In this document: positions 39,587 through 57,477 of the stretch, piece after piece
How the letters are laid out: every line of letters begins with the position of its first letter
Numbering within the stretch: the first letter of the stretch is position 1
Assembly (NCBI RefSeq): GCF_011386835.1
Contig: NC_088807.1
Location: 26,350,001 to 26,414,000, forward strand
Direction: 5' to 3'
Length of the DNA stretch: 64,000 bases
Source of the DNA: Chrysemys picta bellii
Taxonomy: Eukaryota
Translations under genes and position numbers: made by a program
Notes under the pieces: model-generated
Database searches by the model: none
What the model was told of the DNA's origin: nothing
Seen by the model: only the letters and a program-made list of their open reading frames with translations

Positions 39587-40680
39587 GGGAGCCAGGACTC
39601 CTGGGTTCTCTTCCCCGGCTCTGGGAGGGGAGTGGGGGCTGGTGGTTAGAGCAGGGGGGGCTGGGAGCCAGGACTCCTGGGTTCTCTCCCCGGCTCTGGG
39701 AGGGGAGTGGGGGCTGGTGGTTAGAGCAGGGGGGGCTGGGAGCCAGGACTCCTGGGTTCTCTCCCCGGCTCTGGGAGGGGAGTGGGGGCTGGTGGTTAGA
39801 GCAGGGGGGGCTGGGAGCCAGGACTCCTGGGTTCTCTCCCCGGCTCTGGGAGGGAGTGGGGGCTGGTGGTTAGAGCAGGGGGGGCTGGGAGCCAGGACTC
39901 CTGGGTTCTCTCCCCGGCTCTGGGAGGGGAGTGGGGGCTGGTGGTTAGAGCAGGGGGGGCTGGGAGCCAGGACTCCTGGGTTCTCTCCCCGGCTCTGGGA
40001 GGGGAGTGGGGGCTGGTGGTTAGAGCAGGGGGGGCTGGGAGCCAGGACTCCTGGGTTCTCTCCCCGGCTCTGGGAGGGGAGTGGGGGCTGGTGGTTAGAG
40101 CAGGGGGCGCTGGGAGCCCGGACTCCTGGGTTCTCTCCCGGCGCTGGGAGGGGAGTGGGGGCTGGTGGTTAGAGCAGGGGGGGGCTGGGAGCCTGGACTC
40201 CTGGGTTCTCTCCCGGCGCTGGGAGGGGAGTGGGGTCTGGTGCTTAGAGCGGGGGGAGGGGCTGGGAGCCCGGACTCCTGGGTTCTCTTCCCGGCTCTGG
40301 GAGGGGAGAGGGGGCTGGTGGTTAGAGCGGGGGGGCTGGGAGCCCGGACTCCTGGGTTCTCTCCCGGCGCTGGGAGGGGAGTGGGGTCTGGTGGTTAGAG
40401 CGGAGGGGGGGGGAGCTGGGAGCCCGGACTCCTGGGTTCTCTCCCTGGCTCTGGGAGGGGAGTGGGGTCTGGTGCTTAGAGCGGGGGGAGGGGCTGGGAG
40501 CCCGGACTCCTGGGTTCTCTTCCCAGCTCTGGGAGGGGAGAGGGGGCTGGTGGTTAGAGCAGGCGGGGCTGGGAGCCCGGACTCCTGGGTTCTCTTCCCG
40601 GCTCTGGGAGGGGAGAGGGGGCTGGTGGTTAGAGCAGGCGGGGCTGGGAGCCCGGACTCCTGGGTTCTGTCCCAGCTCTG
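39587..40680 (+). repeat. MIR-head tandem array, about 15 units of 75 bp
   Basis: GGACTC anchors at 39595, 39671, 39746, 39821 give a period of 75-76 bp. Confidence 0.9.
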
Positions 40681-41729
40681 GGAAGGCAGGTCACCCCCCC
40701 CCCATCCTGCTGGGGGTCGGAATCCACCAAGATCTTTATTTATTCTGGCTGGACTCCAGGACCTGCCTTCGTTCTCTTACCCCGCGGGGGGGGGGGGGGT
40801 TCAGTCACCTGCTGGTTTTAAGCCCCGCCCCAGCCCCCCCCATTACTCTGCCCGTCTCTCAGCAGAGCCCCGGCTCTCATCTCTGGGGGGTCCTGCACTT
40901 TCGCTTCCACCTCTCCAGGGAAGGAGGGGCTGGGAAAAGAACCCAGGAGATCGGGAGGGGGAGTCTCTGTGGCTGGGTTTATTCTGGGGGGGGTCCCAGA
41001 CCAACAGGGGGTGAACCCTGAAAGAAAACTCCACCCGCAGCTGGTGGGTGTCCTGCAAAAAGGTAAGTGCAGGGACCCTATTTATCAGTTTGGGGAGAAC
41101 CCAGGCGTCCTGGCTCCCCCCCCCGGCTCCAACCCGCCAGCCCCCTCCCAGAACTAGGGGTGCAGAGCTAGAAGGGGGGAGGAGAGGGGGTAGTGCTTAG
41201 AGCGGGGGAGGGGGGACTGGGAGCCTGGACTCCTGGGTTTTCTCCCTGAGTCTATTACTGACTCACTGGGTGACCATGGCCAAGTTATTTGCCCTCCCTG
41301 TGCCTCAGTTTCCCCACATGAACGGGGGTGTCTGGCCCTCCCAGGGGCGCTGGCCAGGGTCCCCCGCGGCTGCGCCTAGAAGGGTCCAGTCTGCGGGAAC
41401 AGCCCCAGGCGCCGGCCCGGGTGAGGTTACCCTGTCAGGCCAGCGGGAGGGGACCTGGCCGCATTGTGCGATGACACGGCTGGGTGTGACGGGGGCCCCG
41501 CGCTGGGCTTGGGCTGGTTGGGGTTGTGTTGCATTGGCCTGGTGACCTGCACTGCATTGTGCGTCGCGTCTGCAGTGTCACGGCCCTGAGCCTGCAGCGT
41601 TCGTTCGCCGGGCACCAGCGTGGCGCGGGCCACACTGGGCGCTTGTGTTGCCTCTTCCCCAGATTGTGTTGCTTGCTGGGGTCGAGCGGTGCATTGTGCG
41701 ACTGCTTTGTGCCTCAGCCCGCGTGTTTC

Positions 41730-43030
41730 ACTGCAGGGGTGTGTGTGGGTTGCAGGGTTGTGTTGGGTTGTTGGCTTGCAGGGGTGTGTCGCGTTGTTGG
41801 TTTGCAGGAGTGTGTCACGTTGGTGGCTTGCAGGGGTGTGTTGGGTTGTTGGGTTGCATGGCTGTGTCGCGTTGTTGCCTTGCAGGGTTGTGTCGCGTTG
41901 TTGGGTTGCATGGCTGTGTTGGGTTGCAGGGTTGTGTCGCATTGATGCCTTGCAGGGGTTCTGTCACGTTGTTGCCTTGCAGGGGTGTGTCAGTTGCAGG
42001 GTTGTGTCGCGTTGTTGGCTTGCAGAGGTGTGTCAGGTTGCAGGGTTGTGTCGCGTTGTTGGCCTGCAGGATTGTGTCACGTTGTTGCCTTGCAGGGTTG
42101 TGTCGCGTTGTTGCCTTGCAGGCGTGTGTCGGGTTGTTGCCTTGCAGGGGTGTGACAGTTGCAGGGTTGTGTCGCGTTGTTGGCTTGCAGGGGTGTGTCA
42201 GGTTGCAGGGTTGTGTCGCGTTGTTGGCCTGCAGGGTTGTGTCGCGTTGTTGCCTTGCAGGGGTGTGTCATGTTGCAGGGTTGTGTCGCGTTGTTGGCTT
42301 GCAGGGGTGTGTCAGGTTGCAGGGTTGTGTCGCGTTGTTGGCCTGCAGGGTTGTCACGTTGTTGCCTTGCAGGGGTGTCAGTTGCAGGGTTGTGTCGCGT
42401 TGTTGGCCTGCAGGGTTGTGTCGCGTTGTTGCCTTGCAGAGGTGTGTCAGGTTGCAGGGTTGTGTTGCGTTGTTGGCTTGCAGAGGTGTGTCAGGTTGCA
42501 GGGTTGTGTTGCGTTGTTGGCTTGCAAAGGTGTGTCAGGTTGCAGGGTTGTGTTGCGTCGCACTGTTGCCTTGCAGGGGTGTGTCAGTTGCAGGGTTGTG
42601 TCGTGTTGTTGCCTTGTAGGTGTGTGTTGGCCTGCAGGGTTGTGTCGCGTTGTTGCCTTGCAGGGGTGTGTCAGTTGCAGGGTTGTGTCGCGTTGTTGGC
42701 TTGCAGAGGTGTGTCAGGTTGCAGGGTTGTGTCGCGTTGTTGGCCTGCAGGGTTGTGTCGCGTTGTTGGCTTGCAGGGGTGTGTCAGTTGCAGGGTTGTG
42801 TCGTGTTGTTGCCTTGTAGGCGTGTGTTGGCCTGCAGGGTTGTGTCGCGTTGTTGCCTTGCAGGGTGTGTCAGTTGCAGGGTTGTGTCGCGTTGTTGGCT
42901 TGCAGAGGTGTGTCAGGTGCAGGTTGTGTCGCGTTGTTGGCTTGCAGGGTTGTGTCGCGTTGTTGGCCTGCAGGGTGTGTCAGGTGCAGGGTTGTGTCGC
43001 GTTGTTGGCCTGCAGGCGTGCGTCGCGTGG
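41730..43030 (+). repeat. TG-rich satellite, copy 2 (about 0.7 kb shorter than copy 1)
   Basis: Same units as 10300-12330. Confidence 0.9.
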
Positions 43031-43184
43031 CGTTGGCTGGTGCAGCGGCTGCCTGGAACGACGCTGTTCCCCTGCGTTGTTGTGCGGCTCTGCACTGCTC
43101 CGTGACACTGCGTGGCTGCATCGTGGTGTCGCGTTGTCACCGCACGCTGCCCCCCTCACCCCCTCCCTCTCCCTGCAGCCCGCC

Positions 43185-46100
43185 ATGGCCAACGCCTCCC
43201 TGGCTCCCAACGCCTCCCTCCCGGACGACCGCGACCCCGCCTGGCCGTCGCCGAGGTCACCGTCTTGACCGTGGTCTTCCTGCTGGCCACGCTGAGCAAC
43301 GGGCTGGTTCTGGGGGCGCTGGGCCGGCGCCGCGCTCGCTCCGCCCCCATGCACCGCTTCATGTGCCACCTGTGCCTGGCCGACCTGGCCGTGGCCCTCT
43401 TCCAGGTGCTGCCCCAGCTGCTGTGGGACGTCACCGACCGCTTCCTGGGCCCCGACCCCCTGTGCCGGGCCGTCAAGTACCTGCAGGTGGTGGCCATGTT
43501 CGCCTCGTCCTACGTCATCCTGGCCATGACCTACGACAGGCACCGGGCCATCTGCCGGCCGGCGGTGGCCTTCCGGCGGGGCCGCGTCAGCTGGAAGGCG
43601 CCGCTGGTGGCAGCATGGGGATCCGCGCTGCTCCTCAGCCTGCCCCAGCTCTTCATCTTCTCCAAGGTGCGGCTGCCCGAGGGAGCCAGCGACTGCTGGG
43701 CCACCTTCGCCGAGCCCTGGGGGGCCCGGGCCTACGTCACCTGGGTCACCCTGATGGTCTTCGCCTTGCCCAGCCTCTTCATCGCCGCCTGCCAGGCCCT
43801 GATCTTCCGCGAGGTGGCCAGGAGCCTGGGGCGGGGCCCCCGGGGGGCCCAGGGCAGGGGGGTCTCGGCCGCCGTGGCCAAGACGCTGCGCATGACGCTG
43901 GTCATTGTGCTCGTCTACGTGTTCTGCTGGGCCCCCTACTTCTGCGTCCAGCTCTGGGCCGTGTGGGACCCCCGGGCGCCTGTAGAAGGTGAGACCCCCG
44001 CGGGCTGGAGACCTCACCCCCCCGCCTCCCCCCAGAGACCTCACTCCCTGCACCCCCCACCTCGCCCCGGCCCGGAGACCTCACCCCCCCGTACCCCTCC
44101 CACCTCCCCCCTGGACCTCCCGTGCACCCCCCCAGCCTGGAGACCTCACCCCCCCTGCCACCTCCCCCCTGCACCCCCCACCTTGCCCCGGCCCGGAGAC
44201 CTCACCCCCCCTGCCACCTCCCCCCCGCACCCCCCCACCTCACCCCCTGCACCTCCCACCTCGCCCCGGCCCAGAGACCTCACTCCCCCTGCACCTCTCC
44301 CACCTCCCCCCTGCCTGGAGACCTCACCCCCCCACCTCGCCCCGGCCCAGAGACCTCACCCTCCCCTGCACCCCTCCCACCTCACCCCTGGATCCCCCCA
44401 GCACCCCTACCAGCCCAGAGACCTCACCCCCCCACCTCGCCCCGGCCCAGAGACCTCACTCCCCCTGCACCTCTCCCACCTCCCCCCTGCCCGGAGACTT
44501 CACCCCCTGCACCCCCCCACCTCACCCCTGGATCCCCCCAGCACCCCTACCAGCCCAGAGACCTCACCCCCCCACCTCGCCCCAGCCCGGAGACCTCACC
44601 CCCCCCTGCCACCTCCCCCCTGCACCCCCCCACCTCACCCCCTGCACCCCCCACCTCACCACGGCCCAGAGACCTCACCCCTTGCACCCCCTCTGTACCC
44701 CCCCGGCCCAGAGACCTCACCCCCCCTGCACTCCCCCCACCTCCCCCCTGCTCGGAGACCTCACCCCCTGCACACACACCCCAAGACCGGAGACTTTACC
44801 CCCGCTGGCCCCATCTCCACCCCCCCAAACCGACCCAGTTCCGAGCCCAGAGACCTCACTAGGAGACTGCAGGCAGGGAATGAGGGCATCAGCAGGGCCG
44901 GGGGGGGGGGGGGCAGGGGGCTGCGGATCGGGAGTGAGGGGCACCGGCAGAGCAGGGGAGGGCAGGGCCCGGCTAACGGGGGCTGTGGCCAGGCGTGAGG
45001 GGCACCGGCAGGGCAGGACAGGGCTGTGGGGGGTTGCAGGTCGGGAGTGAGGGGCACCGGCAGAGCAGGGGAGGGCAGGGCCCGGCTAATGGGGGCTGTG
45101 GGGCAGGCGTGAGGGGCACCGGCAGGGCAGGGCAGTGGGGGGGTGCAGGTCGGGAGTGAGGGGCACCGGCGGAGCTGTGGGCTGGCAGGGGGGCTGCGGG
45201 TCGGGAGTGAGGGGCGCCGGCGGAGCTGTGGGGGGGCAGGGGCTGCGGGTCGGGAGTGAGGGGCACCGGCGGAGCTGTGGGAGGGCAGGGGCTGCGGGTT
45301 GGGAGTGAGGGGCGCCGGCAGAGCTGTGGGAGGGCAGGGGCTGCGGGTCGGGAGTGAGGGGCGTCGGCAGAGCTGTGGGAGGGCAGGGGCTGCGGGTCGG
45401 GAGTGAGGGGCACCGGCGGAGCTGTGGGAGGGCAGGGGCTGTGGGTCGGGAGTGAGGGGCACCGGCGGAGCTGTGGGGGGGCAGGGGCTGTGGGTCGGGA
45501 GTGAGGGGCACCGGCGGAGCTGTGGGGGGGCAGGGGCTGCGGGTCGGGAGTGAGGGGCACCGGCGGAGCTGTGGGAGGGCAGGGGCTGCGGGTCGGGAGT
45601 GAGGGGCGCCGGCAGGGCTGGGCTGGCAGGGGCTGTGGGTCGGGAGTGAGGGGCGCCGGCAGGGCTGGGCTGGCAGGGGGCTGCGGGTCGGGAGTGAGGG
45701 GCGCCGGCAGAGCTGTGGGAGGGCAGGGGCTGCGGGTCGGGAGTGAGGGGCGCCGGCGGAGCTGTGGGGGGGCAGGGGCTGCGGGTCGGGAGTGAGGGGC
45801 GCCGGCGGAGCTGTGGGAGGGCAGGGGCTGCGGGTCGGGAGTGAGGGGCGCCGGCGGAGCTGTGGGGGGGCAGGGGCTGCGGGTCGGGAGGGAGTGAGGG
45901 GCACCGGCGGAGCTGTGGGAGGGCAGGGGCTGCGGGTCGGGAGTGAGGGGCGCCGGCAGAGCTGTGGGGGGGCAGGGGGCTGCGGGTCGGGAGTGAGGGG
46001 CACCGGCGGAGCTGTGGGGGGGCAGGGGCTGCGGGTCGGGAGTGAGGGGCGCCGGCAGGGCTGGGATGGCAGGGGCTGCGGGTCGGGAGTGAGGGGCGCC

Positions 46101-48115
46101 GGCGGAGCTGTGGGAGGGCAGGGGCTGCGGGTCGGGAGTGAGGGGCACCGGTGGAGCTGTGGGGGGGCAGGGGGCTGCGGGTCGGGAGTGAGGGGCGCCG
46201 GCGGAGCTGTGGGGGGGCAGGGGCTGCGGGTCGGGAGTGAGGGGCGCCGGCGGAGCTGTGGGGGGGCAGGGGCTGCGGGTCGGGAGTGAGGGGCACCGGC
46301 GGAGCTGTGGGGGGGGAGGGGGCTGCGGGTCGGGAGTGAGGGGCGCCGGCGGAGCTGTGGGAGGGCAGGGGCTGCGGGTCGGGAGTGAGGGGCGCCGGCG
46401 GAGCTGTGGGGGGGCAGGGGCTGCGGGTCGGGAGTGAGGGGCGCCGGCGGAGCTGTGGGGGGGCAGGGGCTGCGGGTCGGGAGGGAGGGGCGCCGGCGGA
46501 GCTGTGGGGGGGCAGGGGCTGCGGGTCGGGAGTGAGGGGCGTCGGCGGAGCTGTGGGGGGGCAGGGGCTGCGGGTCGGGAGTGAGGGGCGTCGGCGGAGC
46601 TGTGGGGGGGGCAGGGGCTGTGGGTCGGGAGTGAGGGGCACCGGCGGAGCTGTGGGGGGGCAGGGGGCTGCGGGTCGGGAGTGAGGGGCACCGGCGGAGC
46701 TGTGGGGGGGCAGGGGGCTGCGGGTCGGGAGTGAGGGGCGCCGGCGGAGCTGTGGGGGGGCAGGGGGCTGCGGGTCGGGAGTGAGGGGCACCGGCAGGGC
46801 TGGGATGGCAGGGGGCTGCGGGTTGGGAGTGAGGGGCACCGGTGGAGCTGTGGGGGGGCAGGGGCTGCGGGTCGGGAGTGAGGGGCACCGGTGGAGCTGT
46901 GGGGGGGCAGGGGGCTGTGGGTCGGGAGTGAGGGGCACCGGCGGAGCTGTGGGGGGGCAGGGGCTGCGGGTCGGGAGTGAGGGGCACCGGCGGAGCTGTG
47001 GGGGGGCAGGGGCTGCGGGTCGGGAGGGAGGGGCACCGGCGGAGCTGTGGGGGGGCAGGGGGCTGCGGGTCGGGAGTGAGGGGCGCCGGCGGAGCTGTGG
47101 GGGGGCAGGGGGCTGCGGGTCGGGAGTGAGGGGCACCGGCAGGGCTGGGATGGCAGGGGCTGCGTGTCGGGAGTGAGGGGCACCGGCAGGGCTGGGATGG
47201 CAGGGGCTGCGGGTTGGGAGTGAGGGGCACCGGTGGAGCTGTGGGGGGGCAGGGGCTGCGGGTCGGGAGTGAGGGGCACCGGCGGAGCTGTGGGAGGGCA
47301 GGGGCTGCGGGTCGGGAGTGAGGGGCGCCGGCGGAGCTGTGGGAGGGCAGGGGCTGCGGGTCGGGAGTGAGGGGCGCCGGCGGAGCTGTGGGGGGGCAGG
47401 GGCTGCGGGTCGGGAGTGAGGGGCGCCGGCGGAGCTGTGGGGGGGCAGGGGCTGCGGATCGGGAGTGAGGGGCACCGGCAGAGCAGGGGAGGGCAGGGTC
47501 CGGCTAACGGGGGCTGTGGCCAGGCGTGAGGGGCACCGGCAGGGCAGGGCTGTGGGGGGGGTGCAGGTCGGGAGTGAGGGGCACCGGCAGGCCTGGGGCG
47601 GGTGGGGGGCTGCGGGGTCAGGAGTGAGGGGCACCGGCGGAGCTGTGGGGGGGCAGGGGCTGCGGGTCGGGAGTGAGGGGCACCGGCGGAGCTGTGGGGG
47701 GGCAGGGGCTGCGGGTCGGGAGTGAGGGGCGCCGGCAGAGCTGTGGGGGGGCAGGGGCTGCGGGTCGGGAGTGAGGGGCGCCGGCGGAGCTGTGGGGGGG
47801 CAGGGGCTGCGGGTCGGGAGTGAGGGGCGCCGGCGGAGCTGTGGGGGGGCAGGGGCTGCGGGTCGGGAGGGAGGGGCGCCGGCGGAGCTGACCTCCCCCT
47901 CTTCCCCCCCAGGACCAGCCTTCACCCTGCTGATGTTACTGGCCAGCCTGAACAGCTGCACGAACCCCTGGATTTACGGGGCTTTCAGCAGCAGTGTCTC
48001 GGGGGAGCTGAGTCGCCTCGTGTGCCCCCGGCTGCCCCGGCCCCGCGCCGGGTCCCTGCCCAGCGACTCCCCCCTCACGGGCACCTCGGTGCTGAGCCGG
48101 GACCCCGCGGCCTGA
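43185..48115 (+). CDS. AVPR2: AVPR2 copy 2; exons 43185-43988 and 47913-48115; 1-bp deletion at about 43240
   Basis: Protein as in copy 1 except GACCCCGCCTGG versus GACCCCGCCCTGG; exon is 804 versus 805 nt; three synonymous SNPs. Confidence 0.88.
43995..47890 (+). repeat. AVPR2 intron minisatellites, copy 2 (C-rich to about 44770, G-rich 44920-47890)
   Basis: Intron is 3924 bp versus 1976 bp in copy 1; the 1066-, 768- and 714-aa minus-strand ORFs come from this repeat. Confidence 0.92.
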
Positions 48116-50112
48116 GGATCCCAGCGACAGACACGGGGGGGGGGCTGCAAACCTGGGTGCTCTGGCTTTGGGGGGCTTCCTGGGGGGCTAGCGGGGAATC
48201 TGGCTGGGGGGTCACTCTCGGGTGAGGCCTGGATCCATTTGGGGGAGCAAAGGGACCCCCGTTTACACCCCACTCCCTGAGGGGCCAAATCTGCGCCTGT
48301 GAAAGTCAACCCAATAAAAAGCGGGGACGGAGAGAGAGGCTGTGTGATCACTGGGGGTGGGGGGCACCAGCGGGGGGGGGGGGTGATAGACGGACGCGGT
48401 GTAGTTTGCGCTGATCACCAGTAGATGGCGTCACGAACAAATCTACTTCCACCCGCTTTTGGCTAAACCCATCAGCCCCCCGCCCCTTCCCGGAACCGGG
48501 GAGAACCCAGGAGTCCGGGCTCCCAGCCCCCCCCCTGCTCTAACCACCAGCCCCCACTCCCCTCCCAGAGCAGGGGAGAGAACCCAGGAGTCCTGGCTCC
48601 CAGGCCCCCTGCTCTGACCACCAGCCCCCCTCCCCTCCCAGAGTTGGGGAGAGAACCCAGGAGTCCTGGCTCCCAGCCCCCCCTCTCTAACCACCAGCCC
48701 CCACTCCCCTCCCAGAGCCGGGGAGAGAACCCAGGAGTCCGGGCTCCCAGCCCCCCCTGCTCTATCCACTAGCCCCCACTCCCCTCCCAGAGCCGGGGAG
48801 AGAACCCAGGAGTCCGGGCTCCCAGCCCCCCCCCTGCTCTAACCACCAGCCCCCACTCCCCTCGCAGAGCCAGAGAGAGAACCCAGGAGTCCTGGCTCCC
48901 AGCCCCCCCTGCTCTATCCACTAGCCCCCACTCCCCTCCCAGAGCCGGGGAGAGAACCCAGGAGTCCTGGCTCCCAGCCCCCCCTGCTCTAACCACCAGC
49001 CCCCACTCCCCTCCCAGAGCCGGGGAGAGAACCCAGGAGTCCGGGCTCCCAGCCCCCCCTGCTCTAACCACCAGCCCCCACTCCCCTCCCAGAGCCAGGG
49101 AGAGAACCCAGGAGTCCGGGCTCCCAGCCCCCGCAGTTGGGTTTCGCCCACGTGCGGACGGTCCCTGTCCCCGCCGGCTGCACATCTGGGCAGGTGTGGG
49201 GGGGGGACCCAGCCCCCCCCAACCTCTGCGCCCCTCCCGAGAGGCCCCCCCGGATGTGCTGGTACCCCCCCCCCCTTTGTGCGGGGGGGGTTAGGGACCC
49301 ACCAGCTGTGCCCCCCCCCTCTAAGGACTCACGGGGGGGTCTGGACCCAGCGCCAGATCTGACCCCGCCCCCCCGCCCATGGTTCCTGGGGGGGGGGGGG
49401 TCACTGCTATAGGGAAGCTCACAGCCTTAGCACATGTCCGTAGCTGCACCCTCATTGGACCATGCCGCTGTCACCGTAGGCCACGCCAGCTTCTGATTGG
49501 CTGTTGGCAGGACTAGGCCGGAATCTAAAGGGCAGGCGCTGGCCGGCCTGTGAGTGGCTGGTGAAAGCGTCAATCTCTCCCCTCGTGGCCTGTTATTGGT
49601 TGTTTCGGTCCTGTCCTCGCGTCACTCAACTCTCCCTAGAAGGTGAATGGACAGCTCGAGGCGTTGTGCTCTGTGATTGGTTAAAAGGGGAGGGGAGGTG
49701 AATCATAACCAACCTCCGGGATTGGGATTGGTGCGTTCTTTGGGGAGGCGGGACTTGTGCCCCATCGGACTGTCCGATTGGCCGGCAGCGCGGTCCGGGG
49801 AACAGCAACATCGACTCCGCCTACTTACATCAACCCTCCTCCTTCCGGCCAATTGGCCGGGGCTGCACCCAATGAGCGGGGCGCGTCCTGCGGTCTGGCC
49901 ATGCGATTGGCTGACTCCGGAGACGCGTGGGCGGGGCGTGACCCCGGCGTCGCCCCGCGATTGGCTGCACGCGGCCACCTATCTCCCCGCCCGGGCAGGG
50001 TATTGGCCGGAGCCGCTCGAGGAGGCGGGGCCGGGACGGGATCCGCCCCCTGGGTCTCGGCCGCCGCGCGGAGCCGCCGCCGGGAGAGAGACGCGGAGCC
50101 GGAGCCGGAGCC

Positions 50113-53902
<3,790 letters not shown>

Positions 53903-54630
53903 GGCCCCGCGGTGGGGCACTGGGGTAGCCAGCCCAATAAAGGTCACCGCTGAGCCGTGGGGTGTGTGTGGTCTCTGCCCTCCCGCCGGGGGGCGGCACC
54001 TGGCATGGAACCGCCCCTGGGGCCCCGCCCCCCCCCCCTTCCTCGCTCCAGAGGGTCTCTGCTGGTGGGGTGAAGATGGGGTGTGGGGGGGTCTGGACAC
54101 AGCCTGGCCCCTTCTAAGGCCCCCGGCCCCCCACGGGCTGCCCCCACCCGGCTTCCTGAGGAGGGTTTGTTAGTCACTTGCTGCTGTTGCCCCCCCCCCC
54201 CTCCTCCCGTGGCCAAGGGTGGGATGGGGGGTGTCATAGTGTGAAAAGAATGAACAGCCCCCCCCGGTTAACCATGTTCCACATGTGGGAAACTGAGGCA
54301 TGCGGTGTATTCATACCTATTACACGAGCTTCCCCTTCCATCGTGGGGGCACCCAGAGCCCCTCCTCCAGTCTCCCTGCTGTCCCCCAATCCCAGGGCCC
54401 CCTGGAGATCTCTCTGCTGCCCCCCCCTGCTCCAGCGGGGTGACCCCTGCTCTCCACTGTGGGGGGGGGGCAGCCTTCTCGCCATCATCCTTCCCCCCCA
54501 TGGGGCTCTGCTGTACTCTGGGGGGCCCCATGGGCTGGGGGGGCGCCTGCCCGCTGATTGGATCCCCTCTTCCAGCTGTTCCCCTCCCGCCCCCCCGCAC
54601 CTCGGAATGGGGGGAGCTACGTTCCACTAG

Positions 54631-56726
<2,096 letters not shown>

Positions 56727-57477
56727 CCCCCCCCCCCGAAAAATGATGGGGGGGCCTGGACCCTGCACCCCCCCGCCCCACACGCAGCCTGTCTTGTGCT
56801 GGGGGGATGGGTGCAGGGCCCGGGAGAGGGACCCAGGGGTCCGGGGGGATGGAATGACAAGAGGCCCCCCCTTAGTTACTGTGCCTGGGGCAGGGGAGGG
56901 GTTCAGGGATGGCAGGTTCAGCCCCCCCCAAAATCCAGGGGGGGTGTGGCTGTGAAACTTCCCTTCCAGGCAGGAAGGGGTTAAAGCAAGAAAGTTACCT
57001 CTGACCCCCGCCCCCGCCCGGGTCTCTGCGTGACCCCCCCCCCCCCCCCGCGGCTGCCCCCGGGTGTTTCTGGGCCCGACACTAATCAACCAGCAGGGAA
57101 GTGGAACAGGGGGGGTCCGGGTGTGGGGCAGGGACCCACAGCAAACCCCCCTCACTCCCGACCCGCTCCTCTGGGGGCAGGTGATGTCTGTAGAGGGGGG
57201 GCCCGTGGGGGGGTGCGTCTGTCTATGGCGTCCAGCCCCCCCGGTCGCTGGCAGCGTGGGGGGGGCACTGACTGGGGGGGCTGCAGCGCACAAGGGGTTA
57301 AGGATGCTCCTTCACTTCCTCTTCCCCCCCCCCCCCCCGGCTTGGGCCGGACGCGGGGGGCGGGGCGGACCGGACGCGGGGGGCGGGGCCAGGCGCAGCC
57401 GCGGCGTGGGGCGCTGGGACTCGGCGCCGGGTCCTGCCCAGCTCGGATCGGGGCCCCCCGCGCAGCCCCCGCCCGGC

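Noticed and set aside
39587-40680. Regular 75-bp repeats as a CRISPR array or tRNA gene cluster
   Set aside because: No unique spacers, no cas genes, vertebrate context; units lack a foldable cloverleaf, anticodon arm and terminator. They are degenerate SINE heads.
44761-47961. 1066-, 768- and 714-aa Pro-rich minus-strand ORFs
   Set aside because: Translations of the intronic G-rich VNTR of AVPR2.
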